Source of the DNA: Octopus vulgaris
Lineage: Eukaryota
Assembly (NCBI GenBank): GCA_951406725.2
Contig: OX597816.1
Coordinates: 101,184,001-101,248,000 of the forward strand
DNA: 64,000 nt
Reading direction: 5' to 3'
Shown here: positions 59,141 to 64,000 of the stretch, piece by piece
Position numbering within the stretch: the first letter of the stretch is position 1
Layout of the letters: each line of letters starts with the position of its first letter
Made by a program: the position numbers and the translations under genes
Notes under the pieces: model-generated
Told to the model about the DNA's origin: nothing
Databases searched by the model: none
The model's input: only the letters and a program-made list of their open reading frames with translations

Positions 59141-59278
59141 CTGCCAAATCTCCTTCAATTTTTATCCTACTTTCTGACATATATACGAAATACAGAATGG
59201 TGTAACGTCTATTTATTTATGGATCTGCTCAATCACGACTGGCCAGTGATTAAAAAGAAAAGACAGTATAGCATCAAC

Positions 59279-59577
59279 CACTGGTGTAGTTAATAGAGAA
59301 GGAAGAGGAGAGACCGCTCCCCACGAGCACATTTTTTCAAATGAATTCTTTTAACTCTTTTATTAAATATACCCAGTAGTTGTAAGTTTCATACATATTT
59401 ACATTCTTACTGAAAAATGAGGAAATTAATGAATGCAGAATACATTTACGTACATTATAAATAATGAAATATTTCGTGTAATATAAGAGAAATGAGTTTA
59501 AAATTGTTTAATATGTGCTTGGGTGCCATTGTTTATGTGTTCGCTCCCCCTAAATTTAGAACTTGGCTATGCTTCTG
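59279..59577. mobile_element. Possible degenerate hAT-type MITE
   Basis: Imperfect termini cactggtgtagttaa / ttggctatgcttctg; flanking 8-mers share only the last 4 nt. Confidence 0.3.
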
Positions 59578-59944
59578 ATAACAACAGCAACAACTACTAG
59601 GCCAATATATCAGCATTATCTACACAACAATTTACATCAATATCATCAGCATCATTAGCAACAACATTTTCATCATCAACAACAGTGACAATAACAGCAA
59701 AATCATTTAGTGTTTATCAGTAATGAGATATTTAATGTGGGTAGGAGGTCATTCAATGGGTAAGGCACGATCTTTAGGATCCCTGATAGGGTGTGCTACA
59801 ATATGCTTATTATCAACTTTCGTATGACATTTGAAAGCAGGAGTCTTGTTACTTTTTATTTTGTTTTCTGTTACCTGTGTGTATGGATTTGTCTCTATAA
59901 GAATTAAGGGAATTGATACGTGTATGATGTGAGAATACACATAC

Positions 59945-59981
<37 letters not shown>

Positions 59982-60839
59982 AATTAATAAATAAAACATA
60001 TGCATATATACATACATATATATACGTATCTACATCTACATGTATATACACATGCATATATGGGTACAGGACACTAAAAAAACGTCGAACACAATGAGAA
60101 ACGAAAACATAAACACAAAATCAAGGAAATGGACATTTTTCTTAAACAACGAAAAAATAGAGTACAGGACATAGAACACAAGGAAAATTCCATCTGATTT
60201 GCCGCTCAGGTGGATCTATTTGGATCTTCCTCTTTACACTTCGAATGCGTTTTCAAACTTCCAGTAGCAGTTTAGGTTAAATTTCTTTTGCTCAAAGCTT
60301 AGTCTGGCTACAGGTGGACATTGATCCGGTCCATTCATCGAAGATCATCGCTGGTGAAGAAAAATGGTGCTACTAGTGCAGCAAACAGGAGGGCTATAAA
60401 TTTCATTACTGAAGTTGTAGATCCTGATAAAGAGGTCTGGTCAGTGGTTTGCTGCTACTAGGAGTGGGTCTGACGTTGAAAGAGCCGAAATTTCCTGAGA
60501 TCCCAGAATCATCACAAACGATCCCAAAGCATCCACGAGATTTAACTTAAAACTAAGCTACATTTCAATAAATGTATTGTTATGGCTTAGTTAAAAGGGG
60601 AAGAGTTGCGCCATGACCCATTTCAGGACCTCCAAGGTGGAGGCGGGCCTGTATAGGGAGACACACACACGGGTTGATGCAGTAGGAAGTAACAAGATTT
60701 ATAGAGATATTCTTAGACGTATGTCAAGTGTGGTATAAAATGAAGTGTGTAAAAGTAAAAGGAAGTGAACGATAGGAAGACAGAGACGAGGGTATCAACT
60801 GGAGCGTGAAGTATTGTAACGGTCATGTGCTAACATACA

Positions 60840-61139
60840 GAACAACAATAGCAACAACAACAGCAGCAGCGATAATAACAACAAAAACAACAGCTGCCAT
60901 ACTTATCAAATGGCACCAACATTAACAGTAAACAATAATGATAATCCACTTTGATGTTGTCAACGGAGGTGGGGGGGGTGAAAAGGAAGGGAAGAAGAGG
61001 GGCGGAGGAAGCGGGAGAGGAGACGGAGGAGAAGGGGAGGAGGACAGCATCGACGTCGATGACGAAGACAATGATAATGACGACCACCATCGCGACTAGT
61101 ACAGTCACGACCGTGACGACGATGACGGCGACTACAGCA

Positions 61140-61188
<49 letters not shown>

Positions 61189-62400
61189 CATCGACAACGA
61201 CGACGACGGCGATGATGATGATGGGGATGATGATGATGATGATGATGACGACGATGATGATTTTGATCACTATCACCACCACCACTGCTACCATTACGAC
61301 TTCGCCCACCATGATCACAACAGCAGGTATGTTGATGGTGATGATTATGATGCGGAATGATGATACTGATGACGATGCTGATTATGTTGCTATTGTTGTT
61401 GCTGCTATTCTTACTCAATCAAGGTTGACGAAGCCAACAAGGGAAATAGCAGCCAAATTTCCCCTCTTTATACACACTATCATATTAACAGAATGAGAAA
61501 GGACACACAGGATAGTGTAATCCTACTTTACATAATGCCTGAAAAATAAAAAGAACTGGATAATAATGGCTGAAATAACTTTGATCATAGATCATTGATC
61601 TGAATGATCAGGGTTGCTCTTCTAAAACGACGTGGTATAATTTGAGGAAGTTTTGGGGGTTCACTTATTTGGTTCGTTGGGATCCCTTGTTAGTTCGATG
61701 ATAACGGTAGACGACGACAAAGACAAAAACAAAAACGAAGATCACAAAAACGATGACAACGATGATGATGATTATGATGATGCTGATGATGATGATGATG
61801 ATGATGATGGCGCCACCGCGCCGCCGACGACGACGACGACAACGATGAATAGGATGATGATGATGATGGTGGTGGTGGTGATGTTGGTGATGATGATGGC
61901 GATGATGATGGTAATGATGTTGATGATGATGATGATGAGGAGGAGGAGGAGGAGGACGACGACGACGACGACGACGGCGGCGACAGCGACGATGACAATA
62001 GTGGCAGAGATTGTGCTGAAGTGACGCAGTTTCTTTTAAGCTTCATGATTAACCCGTGATTAACTTGAGCTAAATCCCTCATTCAAGTTACAATTGGTTT
62101 ATCTCAAACCTACTGCTGGTCCAGCAACAGATTAATTAAACCATATAATCCACACTAATTCAATCCTTCTAACTGATTACCATCCTCCCTACCAATACCA
62201 CCACCATTACCACGAAAATCACCATCGCCACCAATTCCACGATAATCAATATTAACCAATACCACCATCAGCAACACCACCATCAGCAGCAGCAGCACCA
62301 CCACCATCAGAACCATCACCAGGATCATCAGCACCAATACTATCACCCTTACTGCCGTCATCGTAAATACACCTACAACTATAATCACAACCATCAGAAG
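60840..62400. repeat. Imperfect GAT/GAC/CAC trinucleotide simple-sequence domains
   Basis: Directly visible; source of the poly-M/D/H ORFs. Confidence 0.85.
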
Positions 62401-62454
62401 CTACATTCGTTCTCATCGTTGCTACACCAACACAAGGATCATTAAAGTAATAGT

Positions 62455-62772
62455 AAAGACCCCCTTCGGTCATGAATGACCATGGGATTGCACTGAGAAA
62501 GTTACCCACCGAGGCACAAGTCCGGGCAACGTTGTTGAAGGAAGACCAGCAGTCGCTCAATCATACCAGCCTCCCCTCTCCACGTCACTGATATCCAAGG
62601 GAAAGGCAAAAGCTGATACTAGTTGGCATTAGTGACGTCGCAACTCATTTCTACCTCTGGAGCAACGAGAAATAATGCGTCTTGCTCAAGAACATAACAT
62701 ACAGCCCAGTCTAGGAATCGAACTCACTGCCTTATGATTGTGAGCCCAACATTCTAACCACTGTGCCATGCG
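62455..62772 (-). mobile_element. tRNA-derived SINE family C copy
   Basis: Reverse complement of 45651-45990 (gcgcatggcacagtggttagaa...gaccgaagggggtcttta). Confidence 0.88.
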
Positions 62773-62980
62773 CTGGCAGAATCGTTCGCGCTCCGTGCAA
62801 AATACTAAGCGGCATTTCGTCCATCTTTAAATTCTAAGTTCAAATTCTGCTGAGGTCGACTTTGCCTTTCATCGCTTTCGGGGGTCGATAAAACAAGAAC
62901 CAGTTGAATACTAGGGTCGATGTGATCGACTTATCCTCCCGTCCTTGAAATGGTTGTTGTGGTACCAAACTTTGAAACTG
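62773..62980 (+). mobile_element. SINE family A copy
   Basis: Family A head and core. Confidence 0.8.
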
Positions 62981-64000
62981 TTTATAAGAATTGCTAACGC
63001 TAAAACTACTACCAACACTATTTTTTTACCTCACCGCCATTCTTAAAGACCATGATCTGAAATAAACAACCAACCGACACAAGAAATACTACAACCAAAG
63101 CCATGAACCATGACATCAAACTACCACCAAATCCACAACCATCACTAGATACACTATCACCACCACAACAACCGAAGCTATTACAAGCAACCAACATTAA
63201 TACACACCACCATCACTACCCCATCGATACAACTACCATTACTACCACCACCACTACTACTACTTCTACAATCACGAACGCTACCAATAGAATCCCCAAG
63301 GGAACGACAGCCCGTTATCTAAGCTAGACTTTTAAAAGATGGGATGGTCAAAGTTGGAATGTCTTTGATTATACGTTTCCTAGATCCAGACTGACCTGGG
63401 GTTAAATAACAAAAGACAGCAGCGCCCCACCATTATCAGCATAACCATTACAACTACCAAGAACTACAAGAACACCATATCACACACACTACGAAATACT
63501 ACATTTTCCAACACCAGCCCCATCAACAATAACATCATTGTCACTCCCACCCCAAACACGACCACCTTCCTCTAACACCTCCAGCGCTAACATCACCACT
63601 ACCACCACCACTAACTACCATCGCCAGCACCATCACCGCTACCGCCACCACCATCGCCACCGCCACCACTGCCACCATTACTCTTAACTATCATTGTCAC
63701 GCTCGAACACCTCTAACCGTTACCATCACCACAATCAGCACAACCACCACCCGCTAATAAACTATGTTTATATAATCTTCGCCCAGACTTAGCCGCACAA
63801 TCTGCCAATCATGGCCCCGATTTCAGCACTTTGGGTGGTCCTCTATAGGTATATGTTGAAAGATCCGCACTGATTGCTTAAACAATACAATTGCTGTTCA
63901 TTTTTGGAAGGTTGTCACTATTTGGTTTCTTAATTGCTTACTACCAACATTAGAGGTGATTTTATGTTTCAGTATCAAAATAGATGTGTGTGTGTGTGTG

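Noticed and set aside
60040-60720. Possible pLTR or LTR-retrotransposon remnant
   Set aside because: No second LTR, no convincing primer-binding site and no readable protein motif

Overview
AT-rich, non-genic eukaryotic DNA dense in microsatellites ((TA)n, (TTA)n, (GAA)n, (TAG)n, (TTG)n, (CA)n, (GA)n, (TATG)n, (GATA)n). The repeat landscape resembles an octopus (coleoid cephalopod) genome; that is my inference and has not been searched. I can support no intact host gene: most long ORFs in the track are microsatellite translations or transposon remnants. The window holds at least four short interspersed repeat families and several R4/Dong-like RLE-LINE fragments in (TAA)n tracts. It also holds Tx1/L1-like LINE relics, CR1/L2-like fossils, several Penelope-like (PLE) relics, a full-length decayed DD37D (maT-type) Tc1/mariner, a Tc1 fragment and a hAT MITE. 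The most notable signals are two minimal type-I hammerhead-ribozyme motifs, each tied to a long inverted repeat (11.07-11.47 kb and 46.4-46.8 kb). Also notable are a non-coding element found only inside TAA tracts next to Dong fragments, and a Tx1-like LINE inserted in the tRNA-like head of a SINE. All calls were read by eye, so boundaries of degenerate elements are approximate.
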